The notes under the pieces: generated by a model
What the model was told of the DNA's origin: nothing
Seen by the model: the letters and a program-made list of their open reading frames with translations, nothing else
Databases searched by the model: none
Shown: positions 14,905 through 16,541 of the stretch, one piece after another
Layout: every line of letters starts with the position of its first letter
Numbering within the stretch: the first letter of the stretch is position 1
Program-made: the position numbers and the translations under genes
Assembly: GCA_046582475.1 (NCBI GenBank)
Contig: JAYGEH010000280.1
Location: 1-16,541, forward strand
Reading direction: 5' to 3'
Source of the DNA: Rhodospirillales bacterium
Lineage (GTDB): Bacteria; Pseudomonadota; Alphaproteobacteria; Rhodospirillales; UBA2165
Length of the DNA: 16,541 nucleotides

Positions 14905-16191
14905 CTAAGCGGACAGGAACTCGGTCCAGCGCTTGACCAGGTAATTATTTTCCTTCATCAGCGAGTTCCATACGGCGATGTTATTGAAACGCGCTTCGTA
15001 GGAACCGCCATCGCGAACGTGGCCTTTTTTTACGATGGTTGTACCAAACGGATCGTTGAGATCTTTTGCCGCCGGTTTGCCCAGGTACCAGAAATCCCAT
15101 TCCGCCGGTTCGAGATGCTTTTTGACGTTGGTGATCTCCGACATGTAGTAGCCCTGGCGGGCGACGAATGCACCTGCCCAGCCGTCCAGCCACCAGTTTA
15201 TGTACTCGTAGGCCTGGTCCAGCTTCTTGCCCGACACCTTGGCGGAAATCGATAGACCGCCGTGCCAGCCGCGCATTCCTTCCTTCGGCGAGGCATAGGT
15301 GACCGGAACGCCTTCGGCGCGAATCGCGGTCACCGCCGGCGACCACATGCTTTCCAGCACCACTTCGCCGCTGACCATCAAATTCACCGACTGACCGAAG
15401 GTTTCCCAGAAGGCGCGGAAATGACCTTCCTTCTTCTTCTGAATTAGGATTTTCATCATGGCGTCGATTTCTTGGCGGCTCATGTCGCCCTTGTCCTTGA
15501 ACTTGACCAGACCCATTGCCTCAAGGCCCAAGGCGGCATCCATGACACCGATTTGCGGTGTGTTGATCAAGGCGACCTTGCCCTTGAAATCGGGGCTGAA
15601 CAATTCCGCCCAGCTATCGATCTTGCGGCCGGTCTCCTTGGGGTTGTAGCCGATGGAATCGGCGTTGTGCCACGCCGGAACCATGGTGATGTACCGGGAC
15701 GGCCCCTTAACCATTTTACCGGCCTTGTCCACCCACAGGTGCCTGAACGGTGCATCACCCTGGCCGAATTTTGACGATGGCGTGAGTTTCCCGGTTTTCG
15801 ATAAGTTGGTGACCTTGTCCCATTCCTTGACGCGCTTGGTATCGATCGGTTGCCAGACCTTGGACGGCCACATCACATCCATGTCGTTGTAGTAGCCTTC
15901 GGCGATCTCGTACTGGCCGTTCTGGTTCAGCATCTTGCCGAACATGGCGCCGTAACCGAGCGCTTGTCCACGAATCTTAAAGCCGATGTCTTTCGCCGCA
16001 CGGCCTTGGATTTCATTGATGATGCTGACACCCAGCCCGACGCTGCGGATGGGATCCGCGGCCAGGACGATATTCGGAAAACCGCCGGTAAAGGCGCTCG
16101 CCGCCACGGTGCCCGCCGCGGTGGCGACAAACCTGCGGCGTGTTATGGCCGTTTTGAGCGTTTTGACGGATTTAATTTGACTATTTTTCAT
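14905..16191 (-). CDS. Periplasmic substrate-binding protein of an ABC importer, PotD/PotF-like (spermidine/putrescine-type fold family), with a twin-arginine (Tat) signal peptide.
   Basis: The N-terminus 'TRRRFVATAAGTVAASAFTGGFPNIVLAADP' has an RRxF Tat motif, a hydrophobic core and an AxA-like site. The length of 428 aa is typical. A perfect SD, AAGGAGG, lies 7 nt upstream on the minus strand (plus coordinates 16199-16205). Confidence 0.88.
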   Translation of the reverse strand: MKNSQIKSVKTLKTAITRRRFVATAAGTVAASAFTGGFPNIVLAADPIRSVGLGVSIINEIQGRAAKDIGFKIRGQALGYGAMFGKMLNQNGQYEIAEGYYNDMDVMWPSKVWQPIDTKRVKEWDKVTNLSKTGKLTPSSKFGQGDAPFRHLWVDKAGKMVKGPSRYITMVPAWHNADSIGYNPKETGRKIDSWAELFSPDFKGKVALINTPQIGVMDAALGLEAMGLVKFKDKGDMSRQEIDAMMKILIQKKKEGHFRAFWETFGQSVNLMVSGEVVLESMWSPAVTAIRAEGVPVTYASPKEGMRGWHGGLSISAKVSGKKLDQAYEYINWWLDGWAGAFVARQGYYMSEITNVKKHLEPAEWDFWYLGKPAAKDLNDPFGTTIVKKGHVRDGGSYEARFNNIAVWNSLMKENNYLVKRWTEFLSA

Positions 16192-16280
16192 TTCGATCCT
16201 CCTTTTGAATTTGCGTAGCCTATGTCACATCATGATACTCGATTTTCGAAATTTAACATCCAAACAGAATAAAAGCAGAA

Positions 16281-16308
16281 TTCAATTCTTCGTCAGACCC
16301 GTATAATA
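16281..16308 (+). promoter_or_regulatory. Candidate promoter for the hydantoinase gene. A consensus -10 TATAAT sits at 16303-16308, with a weak -35 TTCAAT at 16281-16286 and a 16-nt spacer.
   Basis: A perfect TATAAT lies in an AT-rich divergent intergenic region, ~90 nt upstream of the TTG start. Confidence 0.3.
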
Positions 16309-16398
16309 GGCTGGATGGATATGAAACGCAAAGTTCATTAGGATAACGCCGGGAATGCCACAAGCGAACCGGAAGCCAGCATTTTCAGGGAGGATCGG

Positions 16399-16541
16399 TT
16401 GAGCGTACTCATAAAGAATGGCCGCATCGTGACGGCCGCGGACGATTACCATGCCGACATTTTTATCAACGAAAACAGCGTCGATCTGATTGGCCGCAAT
16501 ATTTCGATCGAGGCCGACCATGTCATCGACGCCGCCGGCAA
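16399..16541 (+). CDS. N-terminus of a dihydropyrimidinase / D-hydantoinase-type cyclic amidohydrolase (metal-dependent amidohydrolase superfamily). It has a TTG start and is truncated by the window end. It is absent from the ORF track.
   Basis: Translation from TTG-16399 gives '(M)SVLIKNGRIVTAADDYHADIFINENSVDLIGRNISIEADHVIDAAG'. This matches the canonical dihydropyrimidinase/hydantoinase start pattern, for example 'LLIKGGTVV.ADG...ADVLVEDGKIAAIG.NL.....VIDATGKYV'. A GGGAGG lies at 16388-16393, 5 nt before the TTG, the same context as the amidohydrolase gene at 555. Confidence 0.75.
   Translation, partial: MSVLIKNGRIVTAADDYHADIFINENSVDLIGRNISIEADHVIDAAG

Noticed and set aside
16282-16521. 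A 79-aa minus-strand ORF at the right edge.
   Set aside because: It overlaps the TTG-initiated plus-strand reading frame that reproduces the canonical dihydropyrimidinase/hydantoinase N-terminus with a GGGAGG SD. The minus ORF has no features.

Overview
This 16.5 kb window is bacterial DNA, moderately GC-rich by eye (not computed). It is organised as a catabolic locus for cyclic amides or hydantoin-like compounds, and is dense with genes on both strands. In order the features are:
- A left edge (~136-490, minus strand) carrying what looks like an internally deleted IS5/IS1182-type transposase remnant.
- A nitrilase-superfamily N-carbamoyl-amino-acid amidohydrolase / beta-ureidopropionase-like gene (555-1427).
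- A NodB/PuuE-like polysaccharide-deacetylase-fold hydrolase (1471-2502).
- A small 112-aa protein with an N-terminal CxxC (2517-2855) whose stop overlaps the start of a COG0523/CobW-family metallochaperone GTPase (2852-3922) in a TTGA coupling.
- A convergent, visibly AT-richer 4-TM membrane protein (3930-4472, minus strand).
- A divergent promoter region carrying CCGGA/TCCGG and CGATATCG palindromes (4473-4726).
- An ATP-dependent hydantoinase/oxoprolinase A subunit (4727-6793), translationally coupled to a B subunit (6797-9151).
- The B subunit carries an unexpected ~140-aa N-terminal Rad52/Rad22/Sak-like single-strand-annealing domain plus a Pro/Ala-rich linker.
- An 851-aa SPFH/flotillin-family protein with a duplicated EA-rich coiled-coil module (9237-11792).
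- A PotA/MalK-type ABC ATPase (11820-12917) on the plus strand, opposed by its two permeases and a Tat-signal PotD/PotF-like binding protein on the minus strand (12933-16191).
- The TTG-initiated N-terminus of a dihydropyrimidinase/D-hydantoinase-type cyclic amidohydrolase running off the window end (16399-16541).

No rRNA, tRNA or CRISPR was seen. The most unusual items are the Rad52-like domain fused to HyuB, the giant flotillin embedded between enzyme and transporter genes, the CxxC mini-protein coupled to the COG0523 GTPase, and the two convergent gene pairs that leave no room for terminators.
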